Source: the human T2T-CHM13v2.0 reference genome, Homo sapiens
Length of the DNA stretch: 64,000 nucleotides
Assembly (NCBI RefSeq): GCF_009914755.1
Contig: NC_060936.1
Strand: one strand, 5' to 3'
The position numbers and the translations under genes are program-made. Below are positions 40,569-53,810 of this stretch, one piece after another; within the stretch, counting starts at the first letter, position 1, and each line of letters opens with the position of its first letter. Under the pieces are notes generated by a model. It ran no database searches. It was not told where the DNA came from and saw only the letters and a list, made by a program, of their open reading frames with translations.

Positions 40569-40996
40569 AAAAAAATGTGGCACATATACACCATGGAATA
40601 CTATACAGTCATAAAAAAGGATGAGTTCATGTCCTCTGCAGGGATGTGGATGAAGCTGGAAACCATCATTCTCAGCTAACTAAACTAACATAGGAACAGA
40701 AAACCAAACACCACATGTTCTCACTCATAAGTGGGAGTTGAACAATGAGAACACATGGACACAGGGAGGAGAACATCACACACCAGGGCCTGTCAGGGGC
40801 TGGGGGGCTAGGGTAGGGGTAGCATTAGGAGAAATACCTAATGTAGATGACAGGTTGATGGGTGCAGCAAACCACCATGGCACATGTATACCTATGTAAC
40901 AAACCTGCACAAGTATGCCATGTGCATGTATCCCATGTATAATTTTTTTAAAAGCATAATTTAAAAAAAATTATACATGTATCCCATGTACAATTT
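40569..40996 (+). mobile_element. L1PA7/8-like 3' fragment with rearranged tail
   Basis: Closely similar to 15453-15785; TSD TTAAAAATTCA at 40558-40568 and 40997-41007. Confidence 0.92.
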
Positions 40997-41078
40997 TTAA
41001 AAATTCACTCATCCAATTAATTGTGTTTGGCATTGGAAATGATGGATGAGAAGCAGTGAGTAATATTAAGGTACTTAC

Positions 41079-41738
41079 TGTCCAGTGGAGCAAACCAGCA
41101 ATAATCAGAACATTACAAAGCAACATAATAACAACTACAATGGAGGTGATGGGGTGCAAGGACAGCAAATCCAGGGTTAGGCTGGTCTCAGTCATTAAAG
41201 TCCCAGTTGTGCGTGGGGGCCACAGCAACATCTCTTCCCAAGGCTGCGTCAGGGCCGGAGTCTGGCCACTCAGTTTCCCTTTCAGTCTTTCTCCTTTTGA
41301 GCATGAAGAGGCTGATGCTGGGAGGTTTGTTGGGAAACCAAACTGGATGACCTGAGAGTTGTGAAGACAAGTGGGAAGGACTGGCTGACCCAGGTTTTCT
41401 ATTGCTGAACTGATACTAAGGCAGTATTTCCCTAGAGTAAACAAAAGCATTCCTCACCGCTTGTTCACCACAGGTAATTCTGATCCAGGTAGCTGCATAG
41501 CTTTAGGTGGGCTTCCTCAAGTGTTCCCACAGCTTTCTTCTTTGTGGATTCCCTCCACAGTTTACCATGGAGACCAGAATCCTCTTCCCTGGGGATGCCC
41601 CAGCCTTTCCTCCTGGGAAAGTGAGCATGCTTACTGCTATTGGTCCAGCCTCATCTTCCCAGGCTGTATTGACTTGGCACAGTGTCACCGATGGGGCTGC
41701 GTCCTCTATAAGCCCCCACAAACACACATCCATCCCAT
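41079..41738 (-). other. Candidate non-coding exon pair (41458-41738 and 41079-41351)
   Basis: Acceptors TTTCTCTCCCCAG| and CAACTCTCAG|; donors GCG|GTGAGG and ACA|GTAAGT; 106-nt intron. Confidence 0.3.
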
Positions 41739-42029
41739 CTGGGGAGAGAAAGCGGTTTTATCTACTTTTCCACTTGGCTTCAAAGAATCTAGAAAATCAG
41801 ATATTTTGTATCAAGTGACAGGCAACAAGCAGAAATCTGAAACCCACTAAAAAGTCCTTCTTTTGATGAAAAATTTCTTCCGTATGTTTGGAAACCAAGC
41901 TGCTTTCATATTAATTGAATATACTGAACACACACAAAAACAAATGTCTTAAGATCTTTCTTTTATAATGCTGGGTTCAAAAGTTTTGGATTCCAAAATG
42001 TTTCTGACAAGGCTTTAACTGTTTTTCAG

Positions 42030-42161
42030 GCATGTTGTGTGCTTCCAGCTCAAGCCGGCTCTGTGTTTTAGGCCAACCAACACAATTCATATAACATCCT
42101 TGCACATTTCCACCATTTCCCGCCTCACCATGCCTCAGAGGACTACAGGCTCCCCAAGACG
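42030..42161 (+). other. Candidate exon (132 nt)
   Basis: TTCTGAC branch-like motif, CTGTTTTTCAG| acceptor, ACG|GTGAGT donor. Confidence 0.3.
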
Positions 42162-42496
42162 GTGAGTGACGTGTGGCTAAGATATAGGAGTTAAGGTGGA
42201 ATCACTGGCAGATACCTGAACAGAAAGTCAGAATAACTAATTTTTTTTTAACCCAGCCCCCAACACTGGTCAGTTTGTGACTCTGTAAAATACAAAATAT
42301 CTGAGCTGATCTTTAAGGTTCTTTCAAGTCGTCATCACTTTGGGGCCTGAATAATGAGGAGTGCAGGCCTTGTATCCCATTGTCTGGAATAAAAAAGAAC
42401 AAAGGAGTTTAAGTATTTGAGAAGAAAAAAAAAATCCCACAAAGGTCTCACATGCTTTCTTGGATGCCAAGCCCAATGCTAGGAATGCGAAAAGTT

Positions 42497-42800
42497 GGCT
42501 GGGTGTGGTGGTTCATATGTGTAATCCCAGTGCTTTGGGAGGCTGAGGCAAGAGGATCACTTGAGGTCAGGAGCTCGAAACTGCCTAGGCAACATAGCGA
42601 GACCCCATCTTTATAAAAATAAAAATTAGCCAGGCATGGTGGTGCACACCTGTAGTCCTAGCTAGTTGGGAGGCTGAGGCAGGAGGATCACTTGAGGCCA
42701 GGAGCTTGAGATTGCAGTGGGCTATGATCATGCCAATGCACTCTGGCCCCAGCAACACAGTGAGACCCTGTTTCTAAAATAAATAAATGAATAAATAAAT
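42497..42800 (+). mobile_element. AluJ
   Basis: J-type dimer with (TAAA)n tail. Confidence 0.92.
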
Positions 42801-43442
42801 GTAAAAATCCAAAAAGTTCTCGAAGGTGAAGATGCTCTTCTTTCTCTGGCTCCCTCCACAGCCTGCACTGCAGATAAATGAGTCAGTATTACATGGGTAA
42901 AAATTAAGATTTAGCTTCATGAAAAAGTAAATATTTTAAAAATATATACCCACGAAAAATCAGGTAGCGATTCAGCAGTGAAGTGCATGGTAATGATTAT
43001 GAATGTTTTGCCATCTGCTTGAGCCTTCCCTCATATTCCCATCTCTGGCCATCCCTGCCCCAGACCCCCTCTGCAGCCACACTGAATAACCTGATGTCCC
43101 AAGAATACGCATCTTTGTGCATGTGCTTCCAATTGCTTGGCATGTCTATCCTTACTCCCTGTGACCCATTCCTCGTCATCTTTCTGGATTCGAGTTAAAA
43201 TCATCTCCGCTGTAGTTCTCCTGATTACCATCATGAGTTAACAGCCCCCTCTCCCTGGTCTTCTAGAATCCTCAATGGTCTAATTCATGCCTCCATGAAA
43301 GTACAAACACATCATCACTATCTGTAACATATCTGTCATCCCCGCTGGGTCGTGAGGTCCTTAAAGGCAAGGATGAAGTTATCCACTGTCATCTCCAAGG
43401 CCCCAGGTGATGCCTGGCCCTTCACAGTTTGCTGAGTTAAGG

Positions 43443-43912
43443 CAGTGGTGTGACAGCATCCACTTGCACTGACACCCTGCAGTGGCTTCTGAGAATTGAT
43501 TTTTACATTTTCAGGAATTTTGTCAGCTGATATTAAAAATTACAGTATGCAAATTAACAAATAAAGTATATTTAAAACACAAGTTAGAGATAGTCCAAAT
43601 TCATCACTCGCTAGTGATGTCACAACATTTTCTATTATCTACGCACTTGGAGGAGCTATTTATGTCTGTCGTACCTGTGTGGTGGAAATGCCGTGTGTGC
43701 ACCTGCCCCTGCACGTCTCTTCCATCTCCACATTTAGTAACCTCATGTTGGTAGCTTGGAATCGGCCATGGTAGGACTATTTATACCACAGAAATTGGCA
43801 AATGTTACAAATCAGGGCTTGATTTATTGTTTTGTTGATTGTCTAGACTTAAAGTGACAAAGAAAATGTTAATGCAGACTAAATTTATAATGTCTGTAAT
43901 CATTACATTGTG

Positions 43913-43947
<35 letters not shown>

Positions 43948-44348
43948 CCCGTATTTAAAAACAATTATCCTATTCAACCAAGAAGACTCTCTTGTCGTTG
44001 ATAAACAAGTAAAATTGTTACATATATCTTTGTTGTTTTACTTTCATTTTATTCATTAAAATATCAACCAACGTTCATCCCAGAATATTACTTGTTTGTC
44101 AATTGCAATCATAGATTGGCTACAGATACAAGAGTTTGACAAATATTGATGAAAGCATTCAGTGAAAATCATCTAGCAACATAGCACTTACAATAAAGAG
44201 TATTGCATATTTTTATTCTTATTTGTAAGTTGTGTGCTACACATCCTTTACTTCAGTAACATTTAGAATAAGCTAATGTACGCATATGAGTGCATACATT
44301 TCTCTTCCTGGAGAGCCCATTGTCAAACATCTACCAGCACATCACCAG
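43443..44348 (+). mobile_element. MER63C/D-like hAT-Blackjack element
   Basis: CAGTGGTGTG start; GTTGGTAGCTTGGAATCGGCCATGG core; CCAGCACATCACCAG end; (CA)n at 43917-43943. Confidence 0.75.
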
Positions 44349-46192
44349 ATTCAGAGAGGAGGGACAATAGAGAGGGCGATAGTAGTCAGGGAGGGCTACG
44401 TTTAAAGAGGAATTGAGACTTAGACTCGATGTAGGCATGAAGGGTCAGAGAAGGAGACTCAGCAGAAGAAGCAGTGCAATATTTCCATCAGGCTGAACAG
44501 CACAACCCCAGGCACAAAGGTAGGAAAAGCTTCGTCCATGGAAACAGTGAGAGTTAGGGCTGCTGGAACAGAGGTGGCCATTGAGAGTGGTAGTGGGAGA
44601 TCAAGCCGGATGGGCTGGGAGGGGCTGAGCTCCGGAAATCAGTGCAAGTGAAGCAGAGAAGTTGGATTTGATTTAGCAGGCAATAGGGAGCCACCTCTGA
44701 TTCTTGAAAAAGAGTGATGAGAAGTGAGCAGTGATTTAGAAGGACTAATAGGGCCATGGTATTCAGGATAGATTTGAAGAGGGAGAGGCTAGCTCTAGTC
44801 CCTCTGGAAAGCAAACTGAGATTATGAAGCAAGTCGGAACTACAAGGATGAGGTAATGCAGCCCTCTCCTCCATCCTGCATGCACCTTCTCTCTTCCTTT
44901 CCCTCCACCAAGCTCAGACACATCCCCCTCCCCCAAGCTTCCCCTCCAGCAGCCCTTTTCTCTGGGGTCTATGATTAATTCTCTCTTAAAAGTATCTGGT
45001 GATAGATCCAAAGGGCATTTCATAAATTCTGCCTTATTATGTGAAGCCTAGTTTAAAAACTTCCTTTTGTCTAGATCAATTACGAAATAATAAAATCTGA
45101 CCTGAACCCAAGCCTGCATCTATTTTTTCATTGAGAAAGGGATTCAGTGATGATCAGAAAAATCTAAGAATAAGGGAATTTGATTCTGTAGTTTCAGGAC
45201 CCTAAGAAGTAAGTAGCTAAATCAGCATTAACAAATTTTCTTCAAAATCGATTATATCTATTTCTCCTCAGTACCTGTGTGCCCTCCCCTCACGCACATG
45301 CACCTGCTCACACATGCACATAGGCCCCCAGTACCTAGCAAACTGTCAGTCGGCTACCTCCAGCACTGCCATCCCTATTATCCTGAGCTACTGAGAAGAA
45401 AGGATGCTCAAAAGGGAGTGATCAAATTAAAAAAAAAAAACAGATGCCTGTGCCATGTACACTCTTTCCAAGGATTCTTGTTGCTTTTAGGGCTACTGTA
45501 TGGCACCTAAATTATAATGTCCTTCGGGAATTATATCTGCCTTTGCATGTTTTAGTGGCCCTGCCCCAATTATCATACCATCTTGGTGAAAACAATGTCT
45601 GGCTAGTAGTTCCATGGCACCAACATTGTGCCATAGTTGGCCAAGCATTTAATGGTCTATGGGTCATGAGGTTGGGGGGTGCTGGTGTTGGTGATGCACA
45701 CACGGTTACTTTGCCCTGGATTCTCCCCTCTGTCAATATTGACCTGCCTCTGTTTCCCCTAGGGACATGGTTGGGCAGGTACCGGATAGATGCTGTCACT
45801 GCTGAAAAAGAAAAAAATATCCAAAGTGAGTAATGTTTTTATGCTTTTTCTTTCAAAATATGATCTATTACAAAAAATGGTATGCCCAGGCTTTCTTTCT
45901 TCCTATATTTTCTAATCGTTCTAGAAGCTCCCATCATAGGCCCTTAAACACATTCTTACACACACACACACACACACACAAGCAGTATTTCTATCCTGTC
46001 TTCAAAATGCCAACCCTACAAACAGATTACCCAAATTCCACAGACACTTCTAATTGTTGCTTTCTTCCTAGTTCCCTTTTGACAACCCACATGGGTTTGG
46101 CTCCCTAATTTTTCTCCCTACCAAGGACAAAAATAAAAAGCCATGAATGCCAGAAATTTCTAGGAGCTAACTCAGCTCCTTCACATAAGTGA

Positions 46193-46631
<439 letters not shown>

Positions 46632-46890
46632 TGAGAGCTCTGAAGAGTATAAGATGTATTTCCTGCTTTTCACAGAAAAGAAAAGAACATGTGCAAAACT
46701 CTGAAAATAATTCCGTGCTCCATTGGGTGGCACTGACCAGCGGAGACAGTGTAGTATTATCATCAAGTGCTAGATTCCTAGTCCGAAATGTGGGCTCTCT
46801 GTAGCCTCTTCCTTTTCCCCCATGACACACAGACCCACAGACCCATGGACGCTATCTCTTTCATAGAAAGTTAGCCATTGTAGTGTCTAA

Positions 46891-47328
<438 letters not shown>

Positions 47329-48169
47329 TGTTCTGGGTTTTCATATTCATGTCTCTACCTGTGAGGGTTGTGCCTTCACTCCGACTGGCATGAACAAGTC
47401 AATTTTCACAAGACCCTGACCTCTAACAGGAGCCCAAAACTGGAGCATGAGATTTCGATTAGGTTGTTACGTTGTGGGTTAAGTCGCTGGTTGGTTCGTT
47501 TTAATCTACTCTCAAAGTATTTGCTTCTTCTAGTTTGTGATTGAAAAAGGTTTTCAAAACACTCATCTTTCTGTAGTTTTTTTAACATCAAAGATTCTTG
47601 TCAATAAAGTTTTGAGTCTAAGGACTACATGAGGTTGGAAAGCTAATTTATTTGTTCCCCAAGACTTACTCTATTTTCCTTTAAAAAGAGCCCAAAGTTT
47701 CTCTAAATCATCTTTTATAGTCTGTCATTGTTCAGTGTTGAGATGTTGTCCTTTATAGTCCTTTATAGTTCATTTACATTTTGCTTACTACAGATTAAGC
47801 TCATTTTCTTTTAAGATATTTTAAAAAGATGATTTGTTCATTCATTTACATTCATTCAGCAAATATTTACGGAATACCAACTCTGTGCCAGCACTGTTCC
47901 ACACTTCTCTCTAGGCACCATACTGTAGCTACTTCAACAAAATATATCAAGTTCCTGCGGATGCGCAGGTACTGAAGACAAAATGAAGAAGAGAGAACAG
48001 CCCCTGGCTTCCCCTTAATAGGCACCAAGATTGTATCTTGAAGGGGGTGACTGCACGGCTCCTTTGCTTGTGTGTTTATGTGTGTGTGCGTATGTCACAC
48101 GAGCTCTGCTTATTAATGGTAAATAGACATAACTCTAAGGAAATAATGTTCACAGATTCCATTTACCAA

Positions 48170-48300
48170 GTCCCTACTTTTTCCCAGCCAATATACTAGT
48201 CACTCTACACACATTTAATTCTAACAGCAAAACTATGATGTAGGTACTATTACCATCCCCATCTTACAGATGAGGAATCCACGCTCAGGGAGACATGGCG
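48170..48300 (-). mobile_element. MIR
   Basis: GTAGGTACTATTACCATCCCCATCTTACAGATGAGGAATC antisense MIR core. Confidence 0.75.
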
Positions 48301-50168
48301 GGTCTCTAGGACACAGACAGGCATGCGTCCCTGTAGAGGCACTGCGTTCCTGCATGCCGCTCTGTGGTCCCAGTGCTTTTATCTTGTATTTTTCTGCAGT
48401 GACTGTAGCAGGCCTGACACAAAGGCTGCCTCAGGATGTTGAAAGATGTGGTTTCTTGTATCTAATATTTAATGAGGTCATACATACTCCTCATGGATGC
48501 CTTTGACCTTCACACCATGTAGAGGCCACTTGCTATGCCAGAGGGGCCTCCTTGCTCCTGCCTTCCTACAAACATTCTGCATTCCCTGGGAGGAGTGTCC
48601 AGGGAGAGCCCACAGATAAATTGGGAAAACTCCAAGTCCTGGTCCTGCCCATAGCTAGGCATGACGTGGGCATGATGGAGAGCTCATTGCTTGGCAAGCC
48701 TTGCTGCCTACCACAAAATATGGTGGAGAGGAATTGGGTAGCAAAATCAGTGGGTTTCTTACCTTCAGGAGGTAACCTAGCTATGCCAAAAATGCTAAGA
48801 TACTGTCCCTCTACCTTAAGTCACAGTTCTGCCTATGCCCATCTGTGACCCCCATAAAAGGATTTATAGAAAAAAAAGAAAATTTGGTAAGCCAAGAGAG
48901 TGTCCTGATAAAACCATCTAGTCCCAAGACAACCCCTAAAAGAAAACATGCAAATCACAGGGCCAGGCTGGTGTGAGAGCAAGGATGGCCTTCCATCCTC
49001 CAAACTCCACATCTGGCCAAAGAGCTTTATGAACAACATAGGAAGGTGCACCTGGGAACCCAGGGCCCAGAAATGATGACTCTCACCTTGTACAATGCTT
49101 CCCTGAGGGCTGCCCACTCTATGTGGTCAAGCATCCACCCTACCCCATTGTGCGCACATTTCAGGCACCAACATTTGCATACAGCATCTCTAATCTGCAG
49201 AGTAATCATGACTGTTCTCATGACTAGAGGATAAAGTGACTCTCAGAAGAACCCAGGGTCCCATGGCTGGCCTGTCAGGTTGTAGAGCCTTTGTTCTTCT
49301 GAGGATGCCATGTGCCCCTAGTGGGGGTCTCCCTCACTTAGACAGGGGGAAATAAGCAAAAACATTAAAATCCAGCAAAAAATATACTATCACACTGAAA
49401 TAAGGAAAGAGATACAACCTCAAGCTAAAAACTGCCAAAGGCAGAACCCAAGGAGAGAAACAGAGAATTTTTTTTGCCATCCTCTCACCTCTGAAACAGA
49501 ACTAGTGAGTCGACAAAATAGGAAAAATCTTAGCAGAACTCTTGAACTTAGGAGAGGTAGATGAAGTGGGTGCCTCTGTATTTCTCCACTTCTGGCTGGG
49601 TGGGAGTAGATTAGGCCTATTAAGGAGAGAAAGGTGACAATGGAAATAAACAACATAATTTGACTTTCTCTGTTGGGAAGTTAAGGTCCTGGGATCTACT
49701 CTGAATTTGGAAGGATTTCCCCAGGACAGAAGAATTACACACTCCACTGGGGGGTGAATTCTGATAGAGGACATTAAAAGGAGTGGGCCATGCCCTAGCT
49801 GACTTCTCCTCTAACCTATCAGACCCTCGTATAGAGAAGAAGATGAACTGCAATTCTTGTCCTCTCAGACTTTGGTAAAGAGGGAAGTCACCTAAGCAAG
49901 GGAGAGAAGCCAAGCCAAAACCACCTACTGGTGTCAGAGCAACTAGAAGGTCTAGACAAACCACTCACATCAGGTGTGACAGGACACACAGAAATGGTGA
50001 TTGTGTGCAAACCACAATGAACACAACCGTTGAAAGAATGAAAAGTTCAGCACAAACTTCAGCATGGAAGAAATATAATCCCAGAACAGAATCAAAACAC
50101 TTGTGCTTCACGCTATTGAAACATTTACTAAGAGCTGGAACAAAATTTTAAAAATAGTTTAAAGACCA

Positions 50169-50469
50169 GGCTGGGCACAGTGGCTCACGCCTGTAATCCC
50201 AGCACACTGGGAGGCCAAGGCCGGTGGATCATCTGAGGTCAGGAGTTTGAGACCAGCCTGACCAGTATGTTGAAACCCCTTCTCTACTAAAAATACAAAA
50301 ATTAGCTGGGTGTGGTGGCAGGTGGTGGCAGTAATCCCAGCTACTCAAGATGCTGAGGCTGGAAAATTGCTTGAACCTGGGAGATGGAGGTTGCAGTGAG
50401 CCAAGGTCATGCCACTGTACTCCAGTATAGGCAACAGAGTGAGACTCCATCTCAAAAAAATAAATAAAT
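50169..50469 (+). mobile_element. AluSx-like
   Basis: TSD AAAATAGTTTAAAGACCAG at 50151-50169 and 50470-50488. Confidence 0.95.
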
Positions 50470-51154
50470 AAAATAGTTTAAAGACCAGATGACAAAACAA
50501 TGAAATGAGATGTTTGCAAATTAGGGCAAAATTTGAGGCGGAAAAAAATAATACTATCATGGAACAATAAATAAATAAGATGCAGCTAGGAAAAGAACAA
50601 TTTTAGCCAAAAATCAAAGTACTAACACAGAAAACGCTCAAGATAATTCTAGCAAATACGGAAGAAAAATACAAAGTTTGAAAATCAGTTGGAATATAAT
50701 CAATGTGGAGAAGAGAAAGACAATTGAACATATGACTAATGTATATTATTGATTTTCCGGAAGTAAGGAATTCAACAAATATGCCAGAGAAAGATTACAT
50801 ATATAATATATATAATAGGGGGAATTTTCCCTGAAATAAAGGAATCAAACATTTGATTGATTTGAAACTTTCTTGAAACCTGAGACAACAGATTTAAGTG
50901 TGGACAACAACAAAACCTGGTGACATCTGTGAGAAGGGGTTGGTGGTGTAAAGAGACAAGTGTAACCCAATGCCACCCAGCATCCCCGATACCCACAGAG
51001 CCATGTGCATCTGAAGCTTTGTGCAAGGCTGTGCGGAACATCCAGGCTGGAGAGGAGACAAACCGCAACTTGGACTTGGCAATGAGTGGGGGTGCAGATG
51101 AAAGAGGAAAACACCAGTTCCAACTCTCAAGATCATCACCAGTTCATGGAATTT

Positions 51155-51590
51155 TGTCACTCTTTCTCTTGCAAGTGACATAAACCCAACCCAACATGGC
51201 TTAAGTAAACGTATGAATTTATTGGCTCATGAAGCAAAACCTCAGGAGAGGTTTTGGCTTCAGGCCCAGTGGCTCCAGGTGCTCAAACAATATCTGTCTC
51301 TATCCCTCAGCCCTGCTGTCTTCTGTGTAGGCCCCATTCTCAGGCAAGGTTTCCCCACGTGATGGAGATAAGAAGTTCACCTGCTAGTAGTACAGGCTTT
51401 GGATCAAAAGTTCTGGATTTGAGGCTAGGAAGGTTTAATTCTCAAATCAGCCAGAGCTGAATCACAGCCCTGAAGGAGATGGGGTCAGCTGTGAGAGTGG
51501 GAGAGAGATGGTACCTAAAGAATACCAAAGTGTTAAAAGAAGAAGGGGAAGTAGATATTAAGAGACCAAAAACAATACAGGTCCACAACA
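51155..51590 (-). mobile_element. Old MLT1 (J/K/L-type) LTR
   Basis: CTCTTGCAAGTGACATAAACCCAACCCAACATGGCTTAAG..AATTTATTGGCTCATG. Confidence 0.6.
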
Positions 51591-53262
51591 CTGAAGAATA
51601 GGACACACGCATACACACTCATGGTTACACAGTTTCTCATACACCTAAAACTATAACATACAAAGAACTGCACATTAATATGATAAAGAACAATCACCCA
51701 AGGCTTAAGAGAAAGAGGAAAAAAGAACCATCATTCAAGTGGAAAAGATTCCGACACCTAAAGTTTCCATATATCCACCACCACTACTATCATCACTGTT
51801 AATAAAACAAGTTAAATCTCTTTGTGTTGCAATGGGCACCATGCTAATAGGATGCACTAGAGACAGTTTCCTCCCTTTAAAGACTCACCCTATAAAACAG
51901 GCAGAGCATGGAAGATCAGGTATAAACAAGTAGAGAGCAGATAGAAAGTCATGGAGCTAATATGCTCATACACTCATAGAACATTGATCCATTCCCTCTA
52001 CAGGTATTCACGTTGTACCTGCTGAGTGCCAGTACTGCATGCTCTGGGGATTCCATTCCTGCCCCTATGGAAGAGGGGTCAACTTTTCCAAAACATCATC
52101 TTCTAGAGGAAGAAGCTGAAGCCCAGCAAGGAAAAGTAACATAACGAAGATCTCAGCAGAATGACGGTTATCTGAGCATCTATATTCTGGGGTTGCAAAA
52201 AGAACAAGAACGTAGGGTTCAATGGACCTGAGTTCCAGGCCTCACTCTGTCACCAGCTGACTGTAAGAAGCCCACCCACCTCCACCTTCTCTAGATCACA
52301 TGTTTTATGGCCGCCTCAAAGGCGTGAAGCAGGTGAGTCGTGCTGCCTCTGCCAACATCTGCTTTGTGAGCCTGGGAGTATTTCACGGAGATGTTTCTCT
52401 CGACAGGTTTATGGCTGGTCTTGGCTCAGTGCCTTGAAAACACTGATCATGTGATGAAACGAGAATGTCATGCTGCGGGCCATCAATAAACCACACTGGC
52501 ATTCCCGCTCCCACCCCGACACCACTCCACCCATGCAATTTCCCTCCCCTTCAGCCTCCTCCCTCCCCACCTCCCAAAGATATCCAGACCAGGCCAACTC
52601 ATTAGGAAGTGACATCCACCAGGATTCTTGGCCCCAGTCAAAAGAGTGGCCAGAGCTTGTCTGCTGCTTGCGGATACTTTTCTGTTTTGTGTTAAACGTT
52701 TGAGTTTGGAAATGAGCAAGAGCTATGTCTAAGGGAAACCAGACAGCTTGTTTGAAAATCCACTAAATGGCCATCGGAGGATCATGCCAGATCTTAGAAC
52801 AAAGTCTCAGTTATTGCCTGAAAGCATAAACTTTCAGGCAAGGCATCTTCTCCATGCTCCTCAGCATCTGCAGAGTAGCAGAGACTTGAAAGAGATGTGT
52901 CCTCTGGATCCCACGTCAGATGATACATCTTGGGATTTCCCTACCTGGGGGAAGAGTGGGTTTTCCTGAGGAAATTGCAAGTGGGCCTGAGTGTCTAGAG
53001 TGTGAGGTGAAATGGATGCCACTGTACTGAATTCTGACCAAAACTCTGGAGAGATGCTGCGAAGGAACTCAGCTTCCACTGAAAGGGTCAGTGAAGGCTT
53101 CAAGGACAGTATCACAGCACTTTCCTATCACTTCTATAAAAATCACATCCACTTTTTCCCACCAACTTGCCCATTCTCCTTGTCTGGGACACAGGCCCTG
53201 GTACTTTACATTCAGGTCATTTCCAAGGGATAGAGAGAAATAGACAGAGGCTGAAAGAGTGA

Positions 53263-53540
<278 letters not shown>

Positions 53541-53569
53541 TAACCCATCCTGAAAAAATGAAACCGACA

Positions 53570-53810
53570 TGATGGCAGAGTGGTATGAAAAAGACTCTGA
53601 ATTTGGAATTGAGGGACAAGAGCTCAACTGCCAACTCTCTTTATTCCCCCTGGGACATTGGGCAACTTAATCTACTTCTCAGTGAGTTGATCTGTCACTT
53701 GGGTCTAATAATACAACTTCTTACGACTACTTTTTAAAGCAAATAAAAAGATATATTTGAGAGAATGCTTTATTAATTGCAAAACACTGCCCAAATTTCA
53801 GTCATTATTA
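53570..53810 (+). mobile_element. MIR
   Basis: GGCAGAGTGGTATGAAAAAGACTCTG...TTGGGCAACTTAATCT...CTAATAATAC; diverged. Confidence 0.6.

Noticed and set aside
52413-52440. GGCTGGTC start resembling a Y RNA
   Set aside because: Similarity ends after 8 nt; no complementary 3' stem or oligo-T end.
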